Shown: in pieces, positions 15,801-31,559 of the stretch
Numbering within the stretch: the first letter of the stretch is position 1
Layout: the number at the start of each line of letters is the position of its first letter
Origin: Balanoglossus misakiensis
Lineage: Eukaryota; Animalia; Hemichordata
Assembly (NCBI GenBank): GCA_040954595.2
Contig: CM082598.2
Location: 7,083,097-7,147,096, forward strand
Reading direction: 5' to 3'
Length of the DNA: 64,000 nt
Notes under the pieces: generated by a model
Told to the model about the DNA's origin: nothing
What the model saw: only the letters and a program-made list of their open reading frames with translations
Databases searched by the model: none
Position numbers and translations under genes: made by a program

Positions 15801-18800
15801 AAATTTTCGAAAAAAATCATGGGTTATACATCATGAAAATCATCAAAAAATGACAATTTTTTCGACTTTGCAAAATCTCAAAATTTCGTCGATTTCTGAA
15901 AAAATATGGGTTACAGATCATGAAAATCACCAGAAAATTACAATTTTTTACTTTGCAAAATCTCAAAATTTCGTCAATTGTTGAAAAAAATCACGGGTTG
16001 AAAGTCATGAAAATAATGACAATTTTAGAACTTTGCAAAATCTCAAAATTTCGTCAATATTTGAAAAAAATCATTGGTTATAGATCATGAAAATCATCAA
16101 AAAATGAAAATAATTCAACTTTACAAAATCTCAAAATTTCGTCCATTTTAGAAAAAAATCATGGGTTTAAAATCATCAAAAAATGACAATTTTTTTCTTT
16201 GCAAAATATCAAAATTTCGTCGATTTTTGAAAAAAATCATGGGTTGAAAATCATCAAAAAATGACAATTTTTCAACTATGCAAAATGTCAAAATTTCGTC
16301 GATTTTAGAAAAAAATCATGGGTTGAAAGTCATGAAAATCATCAAAAAATGACAATTTTTCAACTTTGCAAAATCTAAAAAAAATTCGTCAATTATTGAA
16401 AAAAATCATGGGTTGAAAATCATCAAAAAATGACAATTTTTCCACTTTACAAAATCTGAAAATTTCGTCAATATTTGAAAAAAATCATTGGTTATAGATC
16501 ATGAAAATCATCAAAAAAATGACAATTTTTCAACTTTGCAAAATCTCAAAAAAATTCGTCAATTATTGAAAAAAATCATGGGTTGAAAATCATTAAAAAA
16601 TGATAATTTTTCAACTTTGCAAAATCACAAAATTTCGTCCATTTTTTAAAAAAATCATGGGTTGAAAATCATCAAAAAATGACAATTTTAGAAATTTGCA
16701 AAATCTCAAAATTTCGTCAATATTTGAAAAAAATCATTGGTTATAGATCATGAAAATCATCAAAAAATGAAAAAACTTTCGACTTTGCGAAATCTTTGCG
16801 AATCGTCGATTTTTGAAAAAAATCATGGGTTGAAAATCATCAAAAAATGACAATTTTTCAACTTTGCAAAATCTCAAAGTTTCGTCAATTTTTGAAAAAA
16901 AAACATGGCTCATAGATCATGAAATCATCAAATAATGACAATTTTTGAGACTTAGCAAAATCTCAAAATTTCGTCAATTTTTGAAAAAAATCATGGGTTG
17001 AAAGTCATGAAAAAATGACAATTTTAGAACTTTGCAAAATCTGAAAATTTCGTCAATATTTGAAAAAAATCATTGGTTATAGATCATGAAAATCATCAAA
17101 AAAATGACAATTTTTCAACTTTGCAAAATCTCAAAAAAATTCGTCAATTATTGAAAAAAATCATGGGTTGAAAATCATCAAAAAATGACAATTTTTCAAC
17201 TTTACAAAATCTCAAAATTTCGTCAATTTTTGAAAAAAATCATGGGTTTAAAATCATCAAAAAATGATAATTTTTCAACTTTGCAAAATCACAAAATTTC
17301 GTCCATTTTTTAAAAAAATCATGGGTTGAAAATCATCAAAAAATGACAATTTTAGAAATTTGCAAAATCTCAAAATTTCGTCAATATTTGAAAAAAATCA
17401 TTGGTTATAGATCATGAAAATCATCAAAAAATGAAAAACTTTCGACTTTGCGAAATCTTTGCGAATCGTAGATTTTTGAAAAAAATCATGGGTTTAAAAT
17501 CATCAAAAAATGACAATTTTTCAACTTTGCAAAATCTCAAAATTTCGTAAATTTTCGAAAAAAATCATGGGTTATACATCATGAAAATCATCAAAAAATG
17601 ACAATTTTTTCGACTTTGCAAAATCTCAAAATTTCGTCGATTTCTAAAAAAATATGGGTTACAGATCATGAAAATCACCAGAAAATTACAATTTTTTACT
17701 TTGCAAAATCTCAAAATTTCGTCAATTGTTGAAAAAAATCACGGGTTGAAATTCATGAAAATAATGACAATTTTAGAACTTTGCAAAATCTCAAAATTTC
17801 GTCAATATTTGAAAAAAATCATTGGTTATAGATCATGAAAATCATCAAAAAATGAAAATAATTCAACTTTACAAAATCTCAAAATTTCGTCCATTTTAGA
17901 AAAAAATCATGGGTTTAAAATCATCAAAAAATGACAATTTTTTTCTTTGCAAAATATCAAAATTTCGTCGATTTTTGAAAAAAATCATGGGTTGAAAATC
18001 ATCAAAAAATGACAATTTTTCAACTATGCAAAATGTCAAAATTTCGTCGATTTTAGAAAAAAATAATGGGTTGAATATCATCTAAAAATGACAATTTTTC
18101 AACTTTGCAATATCTCAAAATTTCGTCAATATTTGAAAAAAATCATGGGTTGAAAATCATCAAAAAATGACAATTTTTCAACTTTGCAAAATCTCAAAGT
18201 TTCGTCAATTTTTGAAAAAAAACATGGCTCATAGATCATGAAATCATCAAAAAATGACAATTTTTTAGACTTTGCAATATCTCAAAATTTCGTCAATATT
18301 TGAAAAAAATCATGGGTTGAAAATCATCAAAAAATGACAATTTTTCAACTTTACAAAATCTCAAAATTTCGTCAATTTTTGAAAAAAATCATGGGTTGAA
18401 AGTCATGAAAATCATCAAAAAATGACAATTTTTCAACTTTGCAAAATCTAAAAAAAATTCGTCAATTATTAAAAAAAAATTATGGGTTGAAAATCATCAA
18501 AAAATGACAATTTTTTCGACTTTGCAAAATCTCAAAATTTCGTCGATTTCTAAAAAAATATGGGTTACAGATCATGAAAATCACCAGAAAATTACAATTT
18601 TTTACTTTGCAAAATCTCAAAATTTCGTCAATTGTTGAAAAAAATCACGGGTTGAAATTCATGAAAATAATGACAATTTTAGAACTTTGCAAAATCTCAA
18701 AATTTCGTCAATATTTGAAAAAAATCATTGGTTATAGATCATGAAAATCATCAAAAAATGAAAATAATTCAACTTTACAAAATCTCAAAATTTCGTCCAT

Positions 18801-21800
18801 TTTAGAAAAAAATCATGGGTTTAAAATCATCAAAAAATGACAATTTTTTTCTTTGCAAAATATCAAAATTTCGTCGATTTTTGAAAAAAATCATGGGTTG
18901 AAAATCATCAAAAAATGACAATTTTTCAACTATGCAAAATGTCAAAATTTCGTCGATTTTAGAAAAAAATAATGGGTTGAATATCATCTAAAAATGACAA
19001 TTTTTCAACTTTGCAATATCTCAAAATTTCGTCAATATTTGAAAAAAATCATGGGTTGAAAATCATCAAAAAATGACAATTTTTCAACTTTGCAAAATCT
19101 CAAAGTTTCGTCAATTTTTGAAAAAAAACATGGCTCATAGATCATGAAATCATCAAAAAATGACAATTTTTTAGACTTTGCAATATCTCAAAATTTCGTC
19201 AATATTTGAAAAAAATCATGGGTTGAAAATCATCAAAAAATGACAATTTTTCAACTTTACAAAATCTCAAAATTTCGTCAATTTTTGAAAAAAATCATGG
19301 GTTGAAAGTCATGAAAATCATCAAAAAATGACAATTTTTCAACTTTGCAAAATCTAAAAAAAATTCGTCAATTATTAAAAAAAAATTATGGGTTGAAAAT
19401 CATCAAAAAATGACAATTTTTCAACTTTACAAAATCTCAAAATTTCGTCAATTTTTGAAAAAAATCATGGGTTTAAAATCATCAAAAAATGACAATTTTT
19501 CAACTTTGCAAAATCTCAAAATTTCGTAAATTTTTGAAAAAAATCATGGGTTATACATAATGAAAATCATCAAAAAATGACAATTTTTTCTACTTTGCAA
19601 AATCTCAAAATTTCGTCAATTGTTGAAAAAAAATCACGGGTTGAAAGTCATGAAAAAATGACAATTTTAGAACTTTGCAAAATCTCAAAATTTCGTCAAT
19701 ATTTGAAAAAAATCATTGGTTATAGATCATGAAAATCATCAAAAAATGAAAATGTTTCAATTTTACAAAATCTCAAAATTTCGTCAATTTTTGAAAAAAA
19801 TCATGGGTTTAAAATCATCAAAAAATGACAATTTTTCAACTATGCAAAATGTCAAAATTTCGTCGATTTTTGAAGAAAATAATGGGTTGAATATCATGTA
19901 AAAATGACAATTTTTCAACTTTGCAAAATCTCAAAAAAATTCGTCAATTATTGAAAAAAATCATGGGTTGAAAATCATCAAAAAATGACAATTTTTCAAC
20001 TTTACAAAATATCAAAATTTCGTCAATTTTTGAAAAAAATCATGGGCATAAAATCATCAAAAAATGACAATTTTTCAACTTTGCAAATTCTCAAAATTTC
20101 GTAAATTTTTGAAAAAAATCATGGGTTATACATCATGAAAATCATCCAAAAATGACAATTTTTTCGACTTTGCAAAATCTCAAAATTTCGTCGATTTCTG
20201 AAAAAAAATATGGGTTACAGATCATGAAAATCACCAAAAAATTACAATTTTTTACTTTGCAAAATCTCAAAATTTCGTCAATTGTTGAAAAAAATCACGG
20301 GTTAAAAGTCATGAAAAAAATGACAATTTTAGAACTTTGCAAAATATCAAAATTTCGTCAATATTTGAAAAAAATCATTGGTTATAGATCATGAAAATCA
20401 TCAAAAAATGAAAATGTTTCAACTTTACAAAATCTCAAAATTTCGTCAATTTTTGAAAAAAATCATGGGTTTAAAATCATCAAAAAATGACAATTTTTTT
20501 CTTTGCAAAATATCTAAATTTCGTCGATTTTTGAAAAAAATAATGGGTTGAATATCATCTAAAAATGACAATTTTTCAACTTTGCAATATCTCAAAATTT
20601 CGTCAATATTTTGAAAAAAATCATGGGTTGAAAATCATCAAAAAATGACAATTTTTCAACTGTACAAAATCTCAAAATTTCGTCAATTTTTGAAAAAAAA
20701 TCATGGGTTTAAAATCATCAAAAAATGACAATTTTTCAACATTGCAAAATCTCAAAATTTCGTAAATTTTTGAAAAAAAATCATGGGTTATACATCATGA
20801 AAATCATCAAAAAATGACAATTTTTTCGACTTTGAAAAATCTCAAAATTTCGTCGATTTCTGAAACAAAATATGGGTTACAGATCATGAAAATCACCAAA
20901 AAATTATTTTTTTTTACTTTGCAAACTCTCAAAATTTCGTCAATTGTTGAAAAAAATCACGGGTTAAAAGTCATGAAAAAAATGACAATTTTAGAACTTT
21001 GCAAAATCTCAAAATTTCGTCAATATTTGAAAAAAATCATTGGTTATAGATCATGAAAATCATCAAAAAATGAAAATGTTTCAACTTTACAAAATCTCAA
21101 AATTTCGTCAATTTTTGAAAAAAATCATGGGTTTAAAATCATCAAAAAATGACAATTTTTTTCTTTGCAAAATCTCAAAATTTCGTCGATTTTTGAAAAA
21201 AATAATGGGTTGAATATCATCAAAAAATGAAAATGTTTCAACTTTACAAAATCTCAAAATTTCGTCAATTTTTGAAAAAAATCATGGGTTGAAAATCATC
21301 AAAAAATGACAATTTTTTAACTTTGCAAAATCTCGAAATTTCGTAAATTTTTGAAAAAAATCATGGGTTATAGATCATGAAAATCATCAAAAAATGACAA
21401 TTTTTTTCGACTTTGCAAAATCTCAAAATTTCGTCGATTTCTGAAAAAAAAACATGGGTATTAGATCATGAAAATCATAAAAAAAAATTACAATTGTTCA
21501 ACTTTGCAAAATGTCAAAACTTCGTCGATTTTTGAAAAAAATCATGGGTTATAGATCATGAAAATCATCAAAAATGACAATTTTTCAACATTGCAAAATC
21601 TCAAAGTTTCGTCAATTTTTGAAAAAAAACATGGCTCATACATCATGAAAATCATCAAAAAATGACAATTTTTCAACTTTGCAAAATCTCAAAAAATTAC
21701 GTCAATTATTGAAAAAAATCCTGGGTTAAAAATCATCAAAAAATGACAAATTTTCAACTTTGCAAAATCTCGAAATTTCGTAAATTTTTGAAAAAAATCA

Positions 21801-24800
21801 TTGGTTATAGATCATGAATATCACAAAAAAAATACAATTTTTTACTTTTGCAAAATCTCAAAATTTCGTCGATTTTTGAAAAAAATAATGGGTTGAATAT
21901 CATCAAAAAATGAAAATGTTTCAACTTTACAAAATCTCAAAATTTCGTCAATTTTTGAAAAAAATCATGGGTTTAAAATCATCAAAAAATGACAATTTTT
22001 TTCTTTGCAAAATATCAAAATTTCGTCGATTTTTGAAAAAAATAATGGGTTGAATATTATCTAAAAATGACAATTTTTCAACTTTGCAATATCTCAAAAT
22101 TTCGTCAATATTTTGAAAAAAATAATGGGTTGAAAATCATCAAAAAATGACAATTTTTCAACTTTACAAAATATCAAAATTTCGTCCATTTTTGAAAAAA
22201 ATCATGGGTTTAAAATCATCAAAACATGACAATTTTTCAACTTTGCAAAATCTCAAAATTTCGTAAATTTTTGAAAATAATCCAGGGTTAAAAATCATCA
22301 AAAAATGACAATTTTTCAACTTTGCAAAATCTCAAAATTTCGTCAATTTTTGAAAAAAATCATGGGTTTAAAATCATCAAAAAATGACAATTTTTCAACT
22401 TTGCAAAATCTCAAAATTTCGTCAATTTTTGAAAAAAATCCTGGGTTAAAAATCATCAAAAAATGACAAATTTTCAACTTTGCAAAATCTCGAAATTTCG
22501 TAAATTTTTGAAAAAAATCATGGGTTATAGATCATGAAAATCATCAAAAAATGACAATTTTTTTCGACTTTGCAAAATCTCAAAATTTCGTCGATTTCTG
22601 AAAAAAACATGGGTATTAGATCATGAAAATCATAAAAAAAATTACAATTGTTCAACTTTGCAAAATGTCAAAACTTCGTCGATTTTTGAAAAAAATCATG
22701 GGTTATAGATCATGAAAATCATCAAAAATGACAATTTTTCAACATTGCAAAATCTCAAAGTTTCGTCAATTTTTGAAAAAAACATGGCTCATACATCATG
22801 AAAATCATCAAAAAATGACAATTTTTCAACTTTGCAAAATCTCAAAAAATTACGTCAATTATTGAAAAAAATCATGGGTTGAAAATCATCAAAAAATGAC
22901 AATTTTTTAACTTTGCAAAATCTCGAAATTTCGTAAATTTTTGAAAAAAATCATGGGTTATAGATCATGAAAATCATCAAAAAATGACAATTTTTTTCGA
23001 CTTTGCAAAATCTCAAAATTTCGTCGATTTCTGAAAAAAAAACATGGGTATTAGATCATGAAAATCATAAAAAAAAATTACAATTGTTCAACTTTGCAAA
23101 ATGTCAAAACTTCGTCGATTTTTGAAAAAAATCATGGGTTATAGATCATGAAAATCATCAAAAATGACAATTTTTCAACATTGCAAAATCTCAAAGTTTC
23201 GTCAATTTTTGAAAAAAAACATGGCTCATACATCATGAAAATCATCAAAAAATGACAATTTTTCAACTTTGCAAAATCTCAAAAAATTACGTCAATTATT
23301 GAAAAAAATCCTGGGTTAAAAATCATCAAAAAATGACAAATTTTCAACTTTGCAAAATCTCGAAATTTCGTAAATTTTTGAAAAAAATCATTGGTTATAG
23401 ATCATGAATATCACAAAAAAATACAATTTTTTACTTTTGCAAAATCTCAGAATTTCGTCAATTTTTGAAAAAAAATCATAGGTTAAAAATCATCAAAAAA
23501 TGACAATTTTTCAACTTTGCAAAATCCCGAAAGGTCGTAAATTTTTGAAAAAAATCATGAGTTATAGATCATGAAAATCATCAAAAAATGACAATTTTTT
23601 TCTTTGCAAAATATCAAAATTTCGTCAATTTTTGAAAAAAACATGGCTCATACATCATGAAAATCATCAAAAAATGACAATTTTTCAACTTTGCAAAATC
23701 TCAAAAAATTACGTCAATTATTGAAAAAAATCATGGGTTGAAAATCATCAAAAAATGACAATTTTTTAACTTTGCAAAATCTCGAAATTTCGTAAATTTT
23801 TGAAAAAAATCATGGGTTATAGATCATGAAAATCATCAAAAAATGACAATTTTTTTCGACTTTGCAAAATCTCAAAATTTCGTCGATTTCTGAAAAAAAA
23901 ACATGGGTATTAGATCATGAAAATCATAAAAAAAAATTACAATTGTTCAACTTTGCAAAATGTCAAAACTTCGTCGATTTTTGAAAAAAATCATGGGTTA
24001 TAGATCATGAAAATCATCAAAAATGACAATTTTTCAACATTGCAAAATCTCAAAGTTTCGTCAATTTTTGAAAAAAAACATGGCTCATACATCATGAAAA
24101 TCATCAAAAAATGACAATTTTTCAACTTTGCAAAATCTCAAAAAATTACGTCAATTATTGAAAAAAATCCTGGGTTAAAAATCATCAAAAAATGACAAAT
24201 TTTCAACTTTGCAAAATCTCGAAATTTCGTAAATTTTTGAAAAAAATCATTGGTTATAGATCATGAATATCACAAAAAAAATACAATTTTTTACTTTTGC
24301 AAAATCTCAAAATTTCGTCAATTTTTGAAAAAAAATCATAGGTTAAAAATCATCAAAAAATGACAATTTTTCAACTTTGCAAAATCCCGAAAGGTCGTAA
24401 ATTTTTGAAAAAAATCATGAGTTATAGATCATGAAAATCATCAAAAAATGACAATTTTTTTCTTTGCAAAATATCAAAATTTCGTCAATTTTTGAAAAAA
24501 ATCATGGGTTGAAAGTCATGAAAAAATGACAATTTTAGAACTTTGCAAAATCTCAAAATCTCGTCAATATTTGAAAAAAATCATTGGTTATAGATCATGA
24601 AAATCATCAAAAAATGACAATTTTTCAACTTTGCAAAATCTCAAAAAAATTCGTCAATTATTGAAAAAAATCACTGGTTGAAAGTCATGAAAAAAATGAC
24701 AATTTTAGAACTTTGCAAAATCTCAAAATTTCGTCAATATTTGAAAAAAATCATTGGTTATAGATCATGAATATCACAAAAAAAATACAATTTTTTACTT

Positions 24801-27800
24801 TTGCAAAATCTCAAAATTTCGTCAATTTTTGAAAAAAAATCATGGGTTAAAAATCATCAAAAAATGACAATTTTCCAACTTTGCAAAATCTCGAAAGTTC
24901 GTAAATTTTTGAAAAAAATCAGGAGTTATAGATCATGAAAATCATCAAAAAATGACAATTTTTTTCTTTGCAAAATATCAAAATTTCGTCGATTTTTGAA
25001 AAAAAATCATGGGTTGAAAATCATCAAAAAATGACAATTTTTCAACTTTGCAAAATCTCAAAATCTCGTCAATATTTAAAAAAATCATTGGTTATAGATC
25101 ATGAAAATCATCAAAAAATGGTCATTTTTCGACTTTGCAAAATCTTATAATTTCGTCGATTTTTGAAAAAAACATGGGTTATAGCTCAAGAAAGTCATCA
25201 AAAATGACAATTTTTCGACTTTGCGAAATATCAAATATTCGTCGATTTTTGAAAAAAAATCATGGGTTATTTCTCATAAAATCATCAAAAAATGACACTT
25301 TTTCGACTTTGGGAAATATCAAATATTCGTCGATTTTTGAAAAAAAATTATGGTTTTAGCTCATGAAAATCATCAAAAAATTACAATTTTTGGACGTGGA
25401 AAATTTTCAAAAATTCTTCGTTTTTGATAAAAAAAATCATTGGTTATAGATCATGAAAATCATCAAAAAATTACAATTTTTCGACTTTGCAAAATCTCAA
25501 AATTTCGTCAATTTTTGAAAAAAAAATCATGGGTTATAGCTCATGAAAATCATCAAAAAATTACAATTTTTCGACGTTGCAAAATCTCCAAATTTCGTCG
25601 ATTTTTGAAAAAAATTCCTTGGTAATAGATTATGAAAATCATCAAAAAATGAAAAACTTTCGACTTTGCGAAATCTTTGCGAATCGTCGTTTTTTGAAAA
25701 AAATCATGGGTTGAAAAACATCAAAAAATAAAAATTGTTCAACTTTGCAAAATCTCAAAGTTTCGTCAATTTTTGAAAAAAAACATGGTTTATATGTCAT
25801 GAAAATCATCAAAATATGACAATTTTTTTTACTTTGCAAAATCGAAAAATTTGGTCAATTTTTGAAAAAAATCATGATTATATCTCATAAAAATTATCAA
25901 AAAATGACAATTTTTCAACTTTGCAAAATCTCAAAATTTCGATAATATTTGAAAAAAATCGTTGTTTATAGATCACGAAAATCATCAAAAAATGACAATT
26001 TTTGAACTTTGCAAAATCTCAAAATTTCGTCGATTTTTGAAAAAAAATCATTGGTTATAGATCATTAAAATCATCAAAAAATGACAATTTTTCAACTTTG
26101 CAAAATCTCAAAAATTCGTCAATTTTTGAAAAAATCATTGGTTAAAAATCATCAAAAAATGACAATTTTTCGATTTTGCAAAATCTCAAAATTTCGTAAA
26201 TTTTTGAAAAAAATCATGGGTTGAAAGTCATGAAAAAATGACAATTTTAGAACTTTGCAAAATCTCAAAATTTCGATAATATTTGAAAAAAATCATTGGT
26301 TATAGATCATGAAAATCATCAAAAAATATCAATTTTTCAAATTTGCAAAATCTCAAAATTTCGTCAATTTTTGAAAAAAGTTCATGGGTTAAAAATCATC
26401 AAAAAATGACAATTTTTCAACTTTGCAAAATCTCGAAATTTCGTGATTTTTTGAAAAAAAATCATGGGTTATACATCATGAAAATCATCAAAAAATGACA
26501 TTTTTTTCGACTTTGCAAAATCTCAAAATTTCGTGGATTTCTGAAAAAAACATGGGTTATAGATCATGAAAATCATCCCAAAATTACAATTTTTTACTTT
26601 GCAAAATCTCGAAATTTCGTCAATTTTTGAAAAAAATCATGGGTTGAAAGTCATGAAAAAATGACAATTTTAGAACTTTGCAAAATCTCAAAATTTCGTC
26701 AATATTTGAAAAAATCATTGGTTATAGATCATGAAAATCATCAAAAAATGACAATTTTTCAACTTTGCAAAATCTCAAAAAAATTTCGTCAATTATTGAA
26801 AAAAATCATGGGTTGAAAATCATCAAAAAATGACAATTTTTCAACTTTGCAAAATCTCAAAATTTCGTCAATTTTTGAAAAAAATCATGGGTTGAAAATC
26901 ATCAAAAAATGACAATTTTTCGACTTTGCAAAATCTCAAAATGTCGATTTTTGAAAAAAATCATGGGTTGAATATCATCTAAAAATGACCATTTTTCGAC
27001 TTTGCAAAATATCAAAATTTCGTCAATATTTGAAAAAAATCATGGGTTGAAAATCATCAAAAAATGACAATTTTTCGACTCTGCAAAATCTCAAAATTTC
27101 GTCAATATTTGAAAAAATCATGGGTTGAAAATCATCAAAAAATGACAATTTTTCGACTTTGCAAAATATCAAAATTTCGTCAATATTTAAAAAAAATCAT
27201 GGGTTGAAAATCATCAAAAAATGACAATTTTTCGACTTTGCAAAATATCAAAATTTCGTCAATATTTGAAAAAAATCATTGGTTATAGATCATGAAAATC
27301 ATCAAAAAATGACAATTTTTCAACTTTGCAAAATCTCAAAAAAATTTCGTCAATTATTGAAAAAAATCATGGGTTGAAAATCATCAAAAAATGACAATTT
27401 TTCAACTTTGCGAAATCTCTAAATTTCCTCAATTTTTGAAAAAAATCATGGGTTGAAAATCATCAAAAAATGACAATTGTTCAACTTTGCAAAATCTCAA
27501 AATTACGTAAATTTTTGAAAAAAATCATTGGTTATAGATCATTAAAATCGTCAAAAAATGACAATTTGTCAACTTGCAAAATCTCAAAAAATTTCGTCAA
27601 TTATTGAAAAAAATCATGGGTTGAAAGTCATGAAAAAATGACAATTTTTCGACTTTGCAAAATCTCAAAAATTTCGTCAATTTTTGAAAAAAATCATGGG
27701 TTGAAAGTCATGAAAAAATGACTATTTTAGAACTCTGCAAAATCTCAAAATTCCGATAATATTTGAAAAAAAATCATTGGTTATAGATCATGAAAATCAT

Positions 27801-30800
27801 CAAAAAATATCAATTTTTCAACTTTGCAAAATCTCGAAATTTCGTAATTTTTTGAAAAAAAAATCATGGGTTATAGATCATGAAAATCATCAAAAAATGA
27901 CAATTTTTCAACTTTGCAAAATCTCGAAATTTCGTAATTTTTTGAAAAAAAATCATGGGTTATAGATCATGAAAATCATCAAAAAATGACAATTTTTTCG
28001 ACTTTGCAAAATATCAAAATTTCGTCGATTTCTGAAAAAAACATGGGTTATAGATCATGAAAATCATCCCAAAATTACAATTTTTTACTTTGCAAAATCT
28101 CGAAATTTCGTCAATTTTTGAAAAAAATCATGGGTTGAAAGTCATGAAAAAATGACAATTTTAGAACTTTGCAAAATCTCAAAATTTCGTCAATTTTGGA
28201 AAAAAATCATGGGTTGAAAATCATCAAAAAATGACAATTTTTTCACTTTGCAAAATCTCAAAATGTCGATTTTTGAAAAAAATCATGGGTTGAATATCAT
28301 CTAAAAATGACAATTTTTCGACTTTGCAAAATATCAAAATTTCGTCAATATTTGAAAAAAATCATGGGTTGAAAATCATCAAAAAATGACAATTTTTCGA
28401 CTCTGCAAAATCTCAAAATTTCGTCAATATTTGAAAAAATCATGGGTTGAAAATCATCAAAAAATGACAATTTTTCGACTTTGCAAAATATCAAAATTTC
28501 GTCAATATTTAAAAAAAATCATGGGTTGAAAATCATCAAAAAATGACAATTTTTCGACTTTGCAAAATATCAAAATTTCGTCAATATTTGAAAAAAATCA
28601 TTGGTTATAGATCATGAAAATCATCAAAAAATGACAATTTTTCAACTTTGCAAAATCTCAAAAAAATTTCGTCAATTATTGAAAAAAATCATGGGTTGAA
28701 AATCATCAAAAAATGACAATTTTTCAACTTTGCAAAATCTCTAAATTTCCTCAATTTTTGAAAAAAATCATGGGTTGAAAATCATCAAAAAATGACAATT
28801 GTTCAACTTTGCAAAATCTCAAAATTACGTAAATTTTTGAAAAAAATCATTGGTTATAGATCATTAAAATCGTCAAAAAATGACAATTTGTCAACTTGGA
28901 AAATCTCAAAAAATTTCGTCAATTATTGAAAAAAATCATGGGTTGAAAGTCATGAAAAAATGACAATTTTTCGACTTTGCAAAATCTCAAAAATTTCGTC
29001 AATTTTTGAAAAAAATCATGGGTTGAAAGTCATGAAAAAATGACTATTTTAGAACTCTGCAAAATCTCAAAATTCCGATAATATTTGAAAAAAAATCATT
29101 GGTTATAGATCATGAAAATCATCAAAAAATATCAATTTTTCAACTTTGCAAAATCTCGAAATTTCGTAATTTTTTGAAAAAAAATCATGGGTTATAGATC
29201 ATGAAAATCATCAAAAAATGACAATTTTTCAACTTTGCAAAATCTCGAAATTTCGTAATTTTTTGAAAAAAAATCATGGGTTATAGATCATGAAAATCAT
29301 CAAAAAATGACAATTTTTTCGACTTTGCAAAATATCAAAATTTCGTCGATTTCTGAAAAAAACATGGGTTATAGATCATGAAAATCATCCCAAAATTACA
29401 ATTTTTTACTTTGCAAAATCTCGAAATTTCGTCAATATTTGAAAAAAATCATGGGTTGAAAATCATCAAAAAATGACAATTTTTAGACTTTGCAAAATAT
29501 CAAAATTTCGTCAATATTTGAAAAAAATCATGGGTTGAAAATCATCAAAAAATGACAATTTTTCGACTCTGCAAAATCTCAAAATTTCGTCAATATTTGA
29601 AAAAATCATGGGTTGAAAATCATCAAAAAATGACAATTTTTCGACTTTGCAAAATATCAAAATTTCGTCAATATTTAAAAAAAATCATGGCTTGAAAATC
29701 ATCAAAAAATGACAATTTTTCGACTTTGCAAAATCTCAAAATTCCGATAATATTTGAAAAAAAATCATTGGTTATAGATCATGAAAATCATCAAAAAATA
29801 TCAATTTTTCAACTTTGCAAAATCTCGAAATTTCGTAATTTTTTGAAAAAAAAATCATGGGTTATAGATCATGAAAATCATCAAAAAATGACAATTTTTC
29901 AACTTTGCGAAATCTCAAAATTTCGTCAATTTTTGAAAAAAATAATGGTTTAAAAATCATCAAAAAATGACAATTTTTCAACTTTGCAAAATCTCGAAAT
30001 TTCGTAATTTTTTGAAAAAAAATCATGGGTTATAGATCATGAAAATCATCAAAAAATGACAATTTTTTCGACTTTGCAAAATATCAAAATTTCGTCGATT
30101 TCTGAAAAAAACATGGGTTATAGATCATGAAAATCATCCCAAAATTACAATTTTTTACTTTGCAAAATCTCGAAATTTCGTCAATTTTTGAAAAAAATCA
30201 TGGGTTGAAAGTCATGAAAAAATGACAATTTTAGAATTTTGCAAAATCTCAAAATTTCGTCAATATTTGAAAAAAATCATTGGTTGAAAATCATCAAAAA
30301 ATGAAAATTTTTCAACTTTGCAAAATCTCAAAATTTCGTCAATTTTGGAAAAAAATCATGGGTTGAAAATCATCAAAAAATGACACTTTTTCGACTTTGC
30401 AAAATCTCAAAATGTCGATTTTTGAAAAAATTCATGGGTTGAATATCATCTAAAAATGACAATTTTTCGACTTTGCAAAATATCAAAATTTCGTCAATAT
30501 TTGAAAAAAATCATGGGTTGAAAATCATCAAAAAATGACAATTTTTCGACTCTGCAAAATCTCAAAATTTCGTCAATATTTGAAAAAATCATGGGTTGAA
30601 AATCATCAAAAAATGACAATTTTTCGACTTTGCAAAATATCAAAATTTCGTCAATATTTAAAAAAAATCATGGCTTGAAAATCATCAAAAAATGACAATT
30701 TTTCGACTTTGCAAAATATCAAAATTTCGTCAATATTTGAAATAAATCATAGGTTATAGATCATGAAAATCATCAAAAAATGACAATTTTTCAACTTTGC

Positions 30801-31559
30801 AAAATCTCAAAAAAATTTCGTCAATTATTGAAAAAAATCATGGGTTGAAAATCATCAAAAAATGACAATTTTTCAACTTTGCAAAATCTCAAAATTTCGT
30901 CAATTGTTGAAAAAAATCATGGGTTGAAAATCATCAAAAAATGACAATTTTTCGACTTTGCAAAATCTCAAGATGTCGATTTTTGAAAAAAATCATGGGT
31001 TGAAAATCATCAAAAAATGACAATTTTTCGACTTTGCAATATCTCAAAATTTCGTCAATATTTGAAAAAAATCATGCGGTAAAAATCATCAAAAAATAAA
31101 AAATTTTCGACTTTGCAAAATATGAAAATTTCGTCAATATTTGAAAAAAAATCATGGGTTGAAAATCATCAAAAAATGACAATTTTTCAACTTTGCAAAA
31201 TCCCAAAATTTCGTCAATTTTTGAAAAAAAATCATGGGTTGAAAATCATCAAAAAATGACAATTTTTCGACTTTGCAATATCTCAAAATTTCGTCAATAT
31301 TTGAAAAAAATCATGCGTTAAAAATCATCAAAAAATAAAAAATTTTCGACTTTGCAAAATATGAAAATTTCGTCAATATTTGAAAAAAATCGTGGGTTGA
31401 AAATCATCAAAAAATGACAATTTTTCGACTTTGCAATATCTCAAAATGTCGATTTTTGAAAAAAATCATGGGTTGAATATCATCTAAAAATGACAATTTT
31501 TCAACTTTGCAATATCTCAAAATTTCGTCCATATTTGAAAAAATCATGGGTTGAAAATC

